Below, piece after piece: positions 1 through 11,200 of a stretch of DNA of 64,000 bases. The position numbers and the translations under genes were made by a program. The notes beneath the pieces were generated by a model that did no database searches, was not told the origin of the DNA, and saw nothing but the letters and a program-made list of their open reading frames with translations. Origin of the DNA: Blastocystis sp. Blastoise (lineage: Eukaryota > Protista > Bigyra: Opalinata); the NCBI GenBank assembly GCA_039096225.1, contig JBBPEB010000021.1, forward strand, positions 558,001-622,000, in the 5' to 3' direction. Every line of letters begins with the position of its first letter. Position 1 is the first letter of the stretch.

Positions 1-2169
1 GATTATTAGTAGATGATACAGAATATTATGATATTCTTGCAAATGAAGTAATAGATGCTACTCCTTGGCAATTAAGACAATTATTTGGTTTACTTTGTTC
101 TTATTATCCTATTACTGATCCATTATCTATTTGGAATACTTATAGGAATGATATGATAGATGATTTCTTTCATCAATATATAAATGAATATATAAGTATA
201 GATAGACAAGATGCATATGTATTAGATTCAGAAGATAATGAAGTGAATAGAATAATAGAAGAATATTGTATACCTAGAGCATTAAATCATATAAGAAGTG
301 TTATAGATACAAATAAACATAATGGAGGATATCAAAGTACTAATTTACCACAATTTGATAATAATACTAATATGATAGATTATGAATCTGAAGGAATTAA
401 TTTTGAAGAAGATCATAGAATAGCCGAAAGAAATATAAGTTTATTGAATGAAGGACAAAGAAGAGTATATGAATCAATAATGGAATCAGTGAATAATAAT
501 GAACCTCATAGAAATAATATGTTTTTTATAGATGGACCAGGAGGAACTGGAAAAACATTTCTTTATAATACAATAATTAAATCAATAAGAAATAATATAG
601 ATGATGTGATAGCAGTTGCATGGACAGGTATTGCAGCTACTTTATTATGTGGAGGAAAAACATCTCATTCACAATTTGGATTACCTTTTGAATTAAATGA
701 ATCTTCTTCTTCTTCTATTTCAAGAGGATCTCCAAGAGCAGAACAAATTAAGAAATGTAAAATAATAATATGGGATGAAGCTCCTATGGCTTCTAAATAT
801 GCTTTAAAAGTAGTTGATCGATTATTAAGATTCTTATATAATGATGAGATAGATATTCCATTTGCAGGTAAAACAATAGTATTAGGTGGAGATTTTAGAC
901 AATGTTTACCAGTAGTAGCTCATGGAAAAGAAGCTGATATTGTTCCTTTATGTATTAAATATTTAGATATTTGGAATGAATTTAATCAATTTCAATTGAC
1001 AGAAAATATGAGAGCAAATGCAAATGAAATAGAATTTAAAGAATTCTTATTGAAGATAGGAAATGGTGAGAGATGTAATAATGAATTAAGATTATTATCA
1101 AAAGATAAAGTACATATTCCAAGAGAATGCATTTGTGATGAGAATATAGGTGAAGAGATATTTCATGAATTTATTAATGATTCAAATACAGATATATATA
1201 GACAGAAATTAGCTTCAAATTGTATATTATGTGCAACAAATGAACAAGCATATTTAATTAATGAAAGAATTCAAAATATGATAAGATCAAGTTCTCATCA
1301 TTATTATAGTCATGATGAATTAGCAGAAGAAGTAGAAGATATAGATGAAAGAGATGCTTATAGTACAGAATATTTAAATAGTTTAATTCCTCAAGGATGT
1401 CCACCTCATGATTTAGAATTGAAAAGAGGTTCAGTTATTATGTTATTAAGAAATTTAGATATAAAGAGAGGATTATGTAATGGAACGAGATTAGTAGTAT
1501 TAGATACAAAACCAAATGTAATAAGAAGTCAATTATTAGTAAGAACTGATAATATGTTAGAAGGACAAGATATAGTATTGATTCCAAGAATTAAATTTAT
1601 AGTAGATGATAGTGATTTACCATGTAAGTTAAGTAGAAAACAATTTCCTGTCAGATTAGCTTTTGCTATGACTATTAATAAATCACAAGGTCAAACATTT
1701 CAAAATGTAGGTATTTATTTAGAAAGACCTGTATTTAGTCATGGTCAATTATATGTTGCTTTAAGTAGAGTACGTTCTTTTCACGGTATAAAAATGTTTA
1801 TAAAGAATGATAATATTAATCAAGGTCAATTAATCAGAAATAGTAATGAATGGTATACTAAAAATTGTGTATTTAATGGAGTATTATAATTTATTTTTGT
1901 TGTTGTATTTTGTTATATGTTTTTTTCGATTTTCTAATTTTTCTAATTTTTCTTATTGTTTATGAATACTTTTTGTTAATTTTCAATTTTAAATTGTATA
2001 TTTGTTTATTTTTATTTGTTAATAATTAATTCTTAAAATTTATATTGTTTAGTTTATAATTCTTTATCATTATCAAAAATAAATAAATAAATAACAAAGA
2101 ACAAGAAATAATTGACTGAAATAGACTTAATAGATACATAGCATCGGCGAAGCCGATGCCACCCGCTAG
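1..2169 (+). mobile_element. Helitron-1, 3' part (5' end outside window)
   Basis: Pif1-type helicase ORF followed by hairpin GCATCGGC-GAA-GCCGATGC (2141-2159), then CTAG (2166-2169) and T: a canonical Helitron 3' terminus. Confidence 0.93.
3..1889 (+). CDS. Helitron RepHel, C-terminal Pif1/SF1B helicase domain (5'-partial)
   Basis: Frame is open from base 3 (LLVDDTEYY..TPWQLRQLF). Motifs: IDGPGGTGKTFLY, IIWDEAPM, LGGDFRQCLPV, LCNGTRL, RKQFPVRLAFAMTINKSQGQT, FSHGQLYVALSRV. Confidence 0.95.
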   Translation, partial: LLVDDTEYYDILANEVIDATPWQLRQLFGLLCSYYPITDPLSIWNTYRNDMIDDFFHQYINEYISIDRQDAYVLDSEDNEVNRIIEEYCIPRALNHIRSVIDTNKHNGGYQSTNLPQFDNNTNMIDYESEGINFEEDHRIAERNISLLNEGQRRVYESIMESVNNNEPHRNNMFFIDGPGGTGKTFLYNTIIKSIRNNIDDVIAVAWTGIAATLLCGGKTSHSQFGLPFELNESSSSSISRGSPRAEQIKKCKIIIWDEAPMASKYALKVVDRLLRFLYNDEIDIPFAGKTIVLGGDFRQCLPVVAHGKEADIVPLCIKYLDIWNEFNQFQLTENMRANANEIEFKEFLLKIGNGERCNNELRLLSKDKVHIPRECICDENIGEEIFHEFINDSNTDIYRQKLASNCILCATNEQAYLINERIQNMIRSSSHHYYSHDELAEEVEDIDERDAYSTEYLNSLIPQGCPPHDLELKRGSVIMLLRNLDIKRGLCNGTRLVVLDTKPNVIRSQLLVRTDNMLEGQDIVLIPRIKFIVDDSDLPCKLSRKQFPVRLAFAMTINKSQGQTFQNVGIYLERPVFSHGQLYVALSRVRSFHGIKMFIKNDNINQGQLIRNSNEWYTKNCVFNGVL

Positions 2170-2170
2170 T

Positions 2171-2434
2171 TTAAATAACAATAACAGCAAAAATCTTAGT
2201 GATTTACAACTAAGTTATTGTAGAAATATGTTACTTTATATAGATGATCCTGTGATTCATCAACGTCTTGAAATGCTATTGGATAAACAATATATGAAGA
2301 ATGAGAATCAATATCAAGATGATAAAAATCTTATTCAACCCAATAATATGTTTATGCCAACTATGAAAAGTAATCAACAACAAAATCAATATCAAAATAA
2401 TAATAATAATCTATCTTTCTTACCTTTTAATTAA
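2171..2434 (+). pseudogene. Probable 3' remnant of a gene cut by the Helitron-1 insertion
   Basis: An 87-codon open frame starts right after the Helitron CTAG/T junction and ends tail-to-tail with the recombinase gene (66-nt gap). The ORF-track ATG (2156) lies inside the Helitron hairpin and is spurious. Confidence 0.45.
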
Positions 2435-2500
2435 TTTTTATATCCTTTTATTACTAGTTGTTTAGTTATTAAAATTATTAAACAAAACAAATATTAAAAA

Positions 2501-3436
2501 TTATTCAATTAATTTTTTAAATAAATTATTATTTTCTAAAGATACATAAGAATTAATATGTGTATAATCATTATGACATAAAGCAGAAGCAGAATTTTCT
2601 ATATCTTGGAATGTATTGGTTGTAGTTGTAGCATATAATTTTCTTAATGCATTAATGGTTAATTTTGGATGGATTTGTTTTAAATGCTTATTCACAAACC
2701 AATCAAATGCTTTAGTAGTAAATCCAGTTCTTACAGAAGATTCAAATATAAATTTACGATTTGGATTTCTTTTTAAGAGTAATTCTAGATCTTCAATCAA
2801 TTCTTTTGGTGCATCTAATTGAATTGTAGAGTATTTACCAGCAGTTTTATAATCATTCAATAGAATAGAACCAGTGTGTTTCTCTTTATCATAAACAATA
2901 TAATTCTTATGAATAACTGGATCAATAGTATCTTCTGGAGTTAGAATGAATAATTGAGCATAATCAGCACGAGCAGGAGGAAGATAGGAGTAAAAATCTA
3001 ATATTAATCGTAATGGATTATAATTTTCTAATTTATCGTGATATTCATGTAAATATGGAGTCGTAATACCATCTTTAATAAGATCTTGAATCAAAGTACG
3101 TTTCTTATTATCCAGATATTTTTCATACATTGAATTGATAATCACATAAAATTCACACCATTTATTTAAAATACCTTCTTTATTTAATGAAGAAACATTA
3201 CGTATAATAAATAATATCAATTCACATAACGATTTCATTGGACTAATTTTGATTTTACGTTCATTTACCATATAATCCATGAATGAATAAGGATTCTTTA
3301 AGAATTCTGAGAACTTTTTAAATGGTAATGGGAAAATATATAAATTGAAATAATTGGTTAAACGTTTTTTCCAAATATCAGAATAATTTGAATTCTGTAT
3401 AACCAAAAGATACTTGTCATAATTTGTATTTTTCAT
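2501..3436 (-). CDS. Tyrosine recombinase/integrase, virophage/Polinton-like-virus style, intronless, 311 aa
   Basis: Catalytic pattern in the correct order: PPAR(A)DY (R), LNDYKTAGKY (K), INALRKLY (HxxR with H to N), ALCHN (H), THINSY (Y). First ATG is at 3436. Confidence 0.85.
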   Translation of the reverse strand: MKNTNYDKYLLVIQNSNYSDIWKKRLTNYFNLYIFPLPFKKFSEFLKNPYSFMDYMVNERKIKISPMKSLCELILFIIRNVSSLNKEGILNKWCEFYVIINSMYEKYLDNKKRTLIQDLIKDGITTPYLHEYHDKLENYNPLRLILDFYSYLPPARADYAQLFILTPEDTIDPVIHKNYIVYDKEKHTGSILLNDYKTAGKYSTIQLDAPKELIEDLELLLKRNPNRKFIFESSVRTGFTTKAFDWFVNKHLKQIHPKLTINALRKLYATTTTNTFQDIENSASALCHNDYTHINSYVSLENNNLFKKLIE

Positions 3437-3523
3437 TGATTTTCTCAAGTAGAATCTCTAAAACTTCTATTTTCAAAAGAATAATACATAAGAAAATCAA
3501 AATAAAATATCTAAGATTCTCAT

Positions 3524-3573
3524 GTTCTCGAATGTTCTAGAAGTTTCGAGAATGTTCTAGAATATTCTAGAAA
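3524..3573. promoter_or_regulatory. Array of 10 perfectly alternating nGAAn/nTTCn pentamers (heat-shock element consensus)
   Basis: TTC at 3525, 3535, 3545, 3555, 3565 and GAA at 3530, 3540, 3550, 3560, 3570, with variable spacer bases. Lies 88 nt upstream of the recombinase ATG. Confidence 0.7.
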
Positions 3574-4311
3574 ATTGATATACATGCCGCCACATAAAAC
3601 CACTGGAACACAATTAGTTTCCCCAGTTTCCCTATTATAATTGTGTTTTTGTGTTCCAAAATCCCTCATTTTTACAATTTTAAGCAATTTGATTGGACAA
3701 TTCACGATGACGCATCCTATTTCCATAACGGTTACCCTTGTTTCCAAAAGTCTCTCGTTATAATCGTGGTGGTGGGTACATCTTTTTACAAGACCACACC
3801 ACCACCAGCTTTTCTTTCACCCACTATAAATACATACCTTGATCACTTTACTCTTTTTATATAAATTTTTTTATGATTATCATGACTTTTTATATTATTT
3901 ATTGATCACTATACATACATTTTTATTTTTATATATTCCCGTGATTATTTTTATTATTTCTTTTTAGATAGAACCATCCATTTCATCTTTTCTCTATATA
4001 AAGGGAGGGTCGGGGTGTGTGTTTATTTAGCACATTCTGTGCTTCTTTTCGTATTTCTTTCTGTATTCCCGTGATTATTTTACTCACTTTACCAACGATG
4101 GAGTCATTTTCCATGAATATTCCCTGTAAAGGGGAGGGTTGGACTGTGTATTTTATTTCTTTTATGATTACTATGAGTTTCTCCTTGATCACTTTACGTT
4201 TCACGTTGGAATCGGAACACAAATAAATTAAAAATAAATAAACATGGGAAAAATAAATACACACACACACTACCCTACACTCCCATGGTTATTTTACTTC
4301 AGAAATGTTAT

Positions 4312-4430
4312 TAATTCTTCCGTCGAGAACAAAAAGGGGGATGTCTTCCCCGCTTATGGCTGCGCGCGTCGCGCAGACTCTATGCGGGGTTTGCATACCC
4401 CCTTCTGCAGTTCGAAGAACGGAAGAATTA
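4312..4430. other. ~120-nt GC-rich imperfect hairpin
   Basis: Nested arms: TAATTCTTCCGT 4312-4323 / 4419-4430; GAAC/GTTC; AAGGGGGATG / CATACCCCCTT; CCCCGC/GCGGGG; apex CTGCGCG-CGT-CGCGCAG 4360-4376. Confidence 0.9.
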
Positions 4431-5179
4431 TTAATATTTGCAGCGACAAATCTGAATTTGTGGTTTTTCGTCTCTTAGTAGATAGAAGCACATCCAACTA
4501 TTGTCGAAGTCGTGAATATCATTTTTTTTATTAATATCCTTAATTTAGTTCATGTAGCGTACGGTGTCTCACACACTTTCACTATTATTGACTTTGTTAT
4601 TAACTTTTATAAAATAAAAATAACATCATAAAATACGGAACACAATTCTGAAAATGACTGTTAAAGAAATTTTTCGAAAACTCTAAATTTCTGGCTAAAA
4701 AATGCAAAAAACCATTTTCGCACAAAATTTTAACCAAAATTATTGGATTATTTTTATTTTATCCAATATTTTTCATTTTTATAAAAACACTTATTTTTCG
4801 TTTTTCATTTTTTATTGTTTTCTTATTTTTCCTATATCACTTCACATACTCTATATTTATTTTTATAAAATTGACTTTTATTGACGGGTTAGTCTTATAA
4901 ATAGTTTTGACGGGTAAATTTGTTTATATTTACAACTTGACAACATATCAATACACACATCACTAACTATAAACTCTAAAATGGTTTCAGTTGTTATGAT
5001 ACTGACCTCAACTACTCTGAAACCACAATAATTCCTTTAAATAACAACAAAAGTCAAACTGATATCCGACACATTCCTTCTTTATAAACTTATTTGAGCT
5101 TTAATGTATTTATTTAACTCTGTATCCGTCATAAATATGTTTTATATTTTAATAATATGTTTTAATAAGAAAATATTTG

Positions 5180-6460
5180 ATAATAGAAATTTTGATGTTT
5201 TGATAGTATAGTTTGTTATTCGTCTTTCTCCTTGAGTTTTGGGTATTTTTTAAAAATAAAAGTATAATTATAATTAAGATAAGCTATTGCAGATACATAT
5301 TTTTTATTTCATCTAAATATTTAATATTGACTGAGAAACATTCATTTATATGAAAAACATAAAAATGAAAATTTTCAAAAAAGGGTATAGTTTGTTATTG
5401 TGATTTCTCAATCAATTCTTAATAAAATAAAAAAGTTAAAACATATTTAGAAACTAGACATGTCATAGCAGATACATGTTTTTCATTTTTTTAATTAATT
5501 GAAAACTCAGGTGACAAGAGTCAATAGTTGAACTCAATAAAAAATGACTTTCAAAAAATTTTCTTAAAAAGTTTTCATTTGTTTTTTGTTTATATTTTCA
5601 TCATTAACAATTTTATTTGACATTTGACTTTATATTTAAAAACTACATACCAAAATAAACATATTTTACAATTTTATTTTGTTTTTAAAAGACTTTAACA
5701 ACAGATCACCAGACAATGTTAACTTAATAAACTCTTAAAACGTTTTAATACGTGTTTAGAATCATTTATGGACACTGAATATGACTTATTTGAAAAAATT
5801 AAGACAACATGTTGAACTGATACTGACAATGTTTGCTTTAAAAAGTCAGTTATGAGTCTTTATGAGTTGTATATGTCATAAATAAGCTTAAAATAAATAA
5901 ATTTGTTTTTAATTGTCTTTAATTAGTGAAATAAGTCGTTTAAAAAGAAGAAAGCATTTTGGATACTATAGTTTATTTTGACAATTTCTCCATCAATATT
6001 AATTTAAATAAAATAAATAAATCTTATTTATAAACTAGACAACCTATAGTTTATATATTTATAAAAATATTATCAAAATATAAAATAACTTTTGAGATAA
6101 AAAATTATATATGCAAAACATAAAAAAATTAATTTTTGAAAAAAGGGTATACTTTATAACATTAATTTCTCAGTCAATATTTAATTATTATAAATAATTT
6201 TAGCAAATATATATAGAGAATAATATATATTAACGATATAAATTTTAACATTTAAAATTAATTAAGAAATGAGTTCAGTAGAGTCAATAGTATAACATGT
6301 TAAAAAACTGAAAATTGAAAAATCGTTTTTCTAAAAATTTTCCGAAAGTTGACAAATCAAATTCATATTTGACAAATAATTTTTATATATTTGATAACTA
6401 GACCTTATATGTATTGCATTTCTCAAAAAATTAGTCAAAAATAAGTTAGACGAGTGTATG
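5180..6460. repeat. Diverged ~762-bp tandem duplication with ~182-bp sub-repeats
   Basis: (G)TATAGTTT..TTTCTC blocks near 5203, 5384, 5964 and 6147; GAGTCAATAG near 5518 and 6281. Confidence 0.7.
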
Positions 6461-6559
6461 ATATATGCACATGTTGACTCATAATTTTGAAAAAAGTAGT
6501 TAAATATGTCCTAAACCACATATCAAAGCAATTCTATAAATATTATCACTTTATAATGA

Positions 6560-7300
6560 GTTTAAAGGGTAAAATAATTTTGAATTGTCTGTTTGACTGT
6601 CTTAAGTGAAGAGATTCAATACACTTTTTATAAAAATGAGTATTAGAGTGTTTAATGTTTATAATAATAAAAGAATTGTTTGAAATAAAGGTGGTTGTGT
6701 GTTTGACCAAAATGTTAAAATGAGTCTATTTTTCTAAAATGGTTACAATAAGTATATATTGAGTGTTTTTAGAGTGTTTCATATTAAAATCTACAATAAA
6801 TAAACATTTTAAGTTGTTTAAAAAATTATTTTTTTAGAATTACAATAGTTAAGTCAAGAGATTCAAGTCACTTTTTATAAAAATAATAAATAGACTTATT
6901 ATAGAATATAAAATATTAAAAATTAGTTTAATTAAACATGGTTGACTGTTTGATAGGAGTGTTAAAATGGGTAAAAAGATTTTAATTGTTTCTAAAACTG
7001 TATAATACGTTTTTATGTCACTAAATACAAAATTATTATTGTTTAAAGAATGTTTTTTGTCTTTCAAAAGAACTCATTTTTTTGTAATTGTGACTTTAAA
7101 CAAAAGAGATTCAAGTTATTTTTTATAAATTAAAATAACAAATTAAATATATGTGTATATGAATATAAAATTAGTTAAAATAAAAGTGAGTATATGTATT
7201 TAAAAACGTTTAAATCTTTTAGAGTTTTTTTATAATAACTTATTTGTTTTATAAACTATATTTTATGTATAATAGGTAAAGTTTCCAAAGTATTTAAATC
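6560..7300. repeat. Diverged ~248-bp tandem repeat (3 units), also present in Helitron-2
   Basis: GAGATTCAA core at 6611, 6858 and 7106, and again at 11509 and 11754, with shared downstream words (TAGACTTAT, ATGTGTATAT). Confidence 0.7.
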
Positions 7301-8080
7301 TATTTAGTTATGAAATGGAATGTAATTTTTGTTTTATATTTTAGTTTTTATTTCTTATTTCTAAAATGATTTTGATAACACTATAAAAATTAAATAAATT
7401 TGAATTAAGTAATTTAAAATAATGAAAAGATAATTTCTCTAAAAATAATCTCTTTTACTTATAACGAATAAATTCTATTAATGATAAATATTAAAATAAG
7501 ACTCTAATTTTTTTGTTTATTATATAAAGTAATAAATATCTTTTAATTATTAAGAGTACTTTTGTATTAATAATTCAAACTAAAATAAGTATAATAAAAG
7601 AAAAATTATAATATTTATCAAATAATATCAAGATATGATTACTATTTATATAATTAAACATTTATTAATTGAGAAAAGCTGTATAATAAAATTTCTAAAA
7701 TATTTATATAATAGTATATATAAAAGGAAAGGATAAAATATAAAAAAACAAATAGATATCAAAATTATAATATTTTAAAAATAAAACAAAACAATATATG
7801 AAAAGAATAAAAAAGAATATATAATATTTTTTTAGACAAGAGAATAAGCTATTTCTCACAATAATAATTATATAGACTAATTCAAATAAAACATAAATAT
7901 TTAAAGGTAGGGTATAAGTGATAATAATATGTTTTAAAAGAAAAAGTATTTTATAATCATATTGATATTATTTAAAATACTAAATATTTATAAAACTAAA
8001 TGAATTGATAAAATACATAGAAAGTTATAAATGAAATAACAAAGAAAAGTGAATTAATATTGAAAACTAAAAACTAAATA

Positions 8081-8236
8081 GAAATAGAAATAGAAATAGA
8101 AATAGAAATAGAAATAGAAATAGAAATAGAAATAGAAATAGAAATAGAAATAGAAATAGAAATAGAAATAGAAATAGAAATAGAAATAGAAATAGAAATA
8201 GAAATAGAAATAGAAATAGAAATAGAAATAGAAATA
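8081..8236 (+). repeat. (GAAATA)26 microsatellite
   Basis: Perfect hexamer run. Confidence 0.95.
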
Positions 8237-11200
8237 AGATCAAAAATAAAACGCAAGAGTTAATTAATTATCATTGATAAACAATAAATATATATAATCA
8301 ATAATAAAAATGGCTAAAAAGAATATTAAAAAAAAAGGAAATAATACTCAAAAACATATAGAATGTTAAGTAAGAATTATCAATATGTATGAATTAAATT
8401 ATTTAAAATACTAAATTGAAAATTAAGATTAGAAGATAACAATTAAAAGCAATTGAAATAATATTTTATAAAATATGAAATAGTTTTAATCCTAAAAAAA
8501 AATAAAAACAGAAATGAATAACAAAAACATAAGAATAAATATTCATTTTTTAAAATTCAATGTAAGATATAACAATTGAGAGATAATAATTATCTAAACT
8601 CAAGCGTAGGCTGGCGTAGCCAGTCGTGAAACGCTTGTAGCATCTAAATGACGTTCCATTTCTATATTTTATAGAATCATAACTAGTAAATTCATTTTCG
8701 TAAATATGCTTAAACCATATTAAAATCCTCTGGCATAGTTCTCTGTTATACATAAGTCTTTCCCATATATCATTAGAAGCCATATATAGTTCTTTAAAGA
8801 ATTCATTATTAATGAGTTTATTGAAATCATCATCATTGTTTACTAATAGTATATAAATTATTGATAATAATATTTCCCTCGAAGATTTGGGTTTTTCACT
8901 AGGATTTTCAAAAGTATAAGATCCACAATTTATATCGTAGCAATCATATATATCATCACCTGTAGACATTCCATTCTTAATTTCTTTACTAAATAAAGTA
9001 TATTCAATAACTTCTCTTGAAATCATTTTCAACAATACATGTGATCCAGGACTACGTTTGGTACTACATATTCTACCAGAAATTCCAAAAAAGCGTTCAT
9101 TGGTATAAGTATATTGAAATGATGGAACACATATATATAGTATTGATGTTAATAGATGAATCAAAATATGATCCTGAGTAGTAATTAATTCTTTAGGCAT
9201 ACACTTTTCTATTTTATATAATGTAAGATATATTCTTTTCTTAAATTCTAATAAGCAGTTAAGATCATATGGAATATTTATCGCCATAACATTATTAAGA
9301 ATAGAAAATAAGTTCTCTAGAAACACTATTAACTTCGAGTCATGATATGTATAATCATGCATTAGTGGAATAATATACTTCGAGAAAGCAATAAACTTAT
9401 TTTTACCGTTTAAGTTTGAGAAGAATGAAGGATTTAATATATCACAAAAGCCATTTTTATTAAATGATTTAAAGGAGTGAATGGAGTTTAATCTGACTTT
9501 TAATATATTAATATTATTCTCATTTAGTGAAATACAATTTGTACCAGAATTCTCATTATTAAGAATGTGAGAAGCTGTTTGTGACAAATAGTTTGTCGAA
9601 TTATTGAATAGATAAGTATAATATTCCTTAGATAAATTAATATTAAGATGCAACGAATCAGGATTCAATCCATATACCCTACTAATTTTAATACACGGAT
9701 AAAGTTCTATTACATTCTTCTTTTTATCTACTTCACTAATATCAACATAATGCAATATATCTTTTTCATAATTTTTCTTTAATGAATTTTCAACAATATG
9801 TAAATCACCATTTCTTGTAGAATTAGATAAATAGATAGGATTAGATTGTTTCTTAGTATATTTATTTTTCAATTTATTTAATCTAGGTTGATGAATGTCT
9901 TTAGAGGTACAGTTTGAAGATTTTTTTGTATACAAGGAAATACAATTATAATGATTATTATTATTACTATTTAAGGATTCATGATAAAAACTAACTGGTG
10001 TTGACTTATACTGAATCTGAAGACAAGAAATAGGAATTGAATCAATGGTTATATTTTTTTCGTTTATATGAAGTTCTGATTCTGTATTTATTATCTTATA
10101 GTGCCTTTTTATTATTTCATCTAAGAATTGAATACCACTATGAAGCATAGATAGACTTCGTTCTATAGATATGGAGCACCAATTACAAAAACTGTTAGAA
10201 GCTGAGGAAGAACCACCTATTACCGATCCTCCCTTATAATCAAAAGTATAATTAATTGGTAGGCATTGAATTTTAATTGATGAATCATTGTATTGTATTG
10301 TGTAACCATTAATAAGTATCTCAAATTCTTCATATAGAAATTGAATTAATGTGTGTAGATAGGAGGGAGGGCAGAATGTTATAGGTATACAGAATTGAGA
10401 TTCTGAAGATTTATTAGACTTTAAATTTAATATTCTAATTCCAACTGAGTTTAATAATACATGAGAACCTTGTATACTTCTATTATATACTGAGAATTCA
10501 TCAGTAAATATTCCACAAAATAATATAATATCTGCTTTAACCTTTTCTATAATATCTTTATATTGTTTCATGGCACAGCATAAATGAATATCATTGACAT
10601 ATTTATATTGACTTTTATAGTAATTTCTATCATTATCATTTGGAATACCATTATATATATAATGACCAATCAAACGGTCATCTTCAAAGAGATGATGAGT
10701 ATTAATTATCTCTATAACTTCATTATATTTGTATACAGAACAAACATTTTGATAAACACTACATTTTATCATGTTAGTAATTCTTGGAATTAAAGGACTA
10801 TACAACACTCTCTCCATTTCTTCTAAATATAATCATTACTATATATATGAGAATAGGCAAAAAAATTCCCATTGGTCAGTTTTTGGAAAATGCATTTGAT
10901 TGGCTACTATATACTCAAGTTTGTACCCACAACTCCTCTAAACTTACGGGAAGTTAACTTTTGGTTGAAACACAGTTCAATAGGATATAACGTGTAGTTG
11001 TGCACCGTATATTTGGTTAAGCGATATTATTTATAATTAAAAAGATATTAATAAAAAAATAGAAAACATGATTTTTGAGTCGTTTTTGATTGGCTCTTTG
11101 GGGTGACCCCGATAAAAATTGTTGACCAGACAATTGAAAAATAAACATGGGGTAAACTTGATTTTTTCTCAATCCCACAATATACGTTATCCGTGTTTAT

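Larger units (their letters stand above)
2170..4433 (-). mobile_element. Tyrosine-recombinase unit (putative right end of an integrative element, or resolvase module)
   Basis: Recombinase gene, repeated motifs at 3837-4197 and a long hairpin at 4312-4430 that directly abuts the end of the CACTA transposase frame. Confidence 0.55.
4537..8637 (+). mobile_element. Helitron-3, non-autonomous, 4101 bp
   Basis: 5' A/TC at 4536/4537; 3' hairpin GGCTGGC-GTA-GCCAGTC (8609-8625) then CTTG/T at 8637/8638. Removing it restores an AT target and an in-frame transposase codon (TA+T). No coding capacity seen. Confidence 0.8.

Noticed and set aside
4435-4520. Second apparent stem-loop (CGACAA/TTGTCG) plus T8 run, suggesting a Pol III RNA
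   Set aside because: The segment is better explained as the in-frame 3' coding fragment of the CACTA transposase on the minus strand.
8550-8637. ORF-track C-terminus of the 755-aa transposase ORF
   Set aside because: It is antisense read-through into the Helitron-3 3' end.
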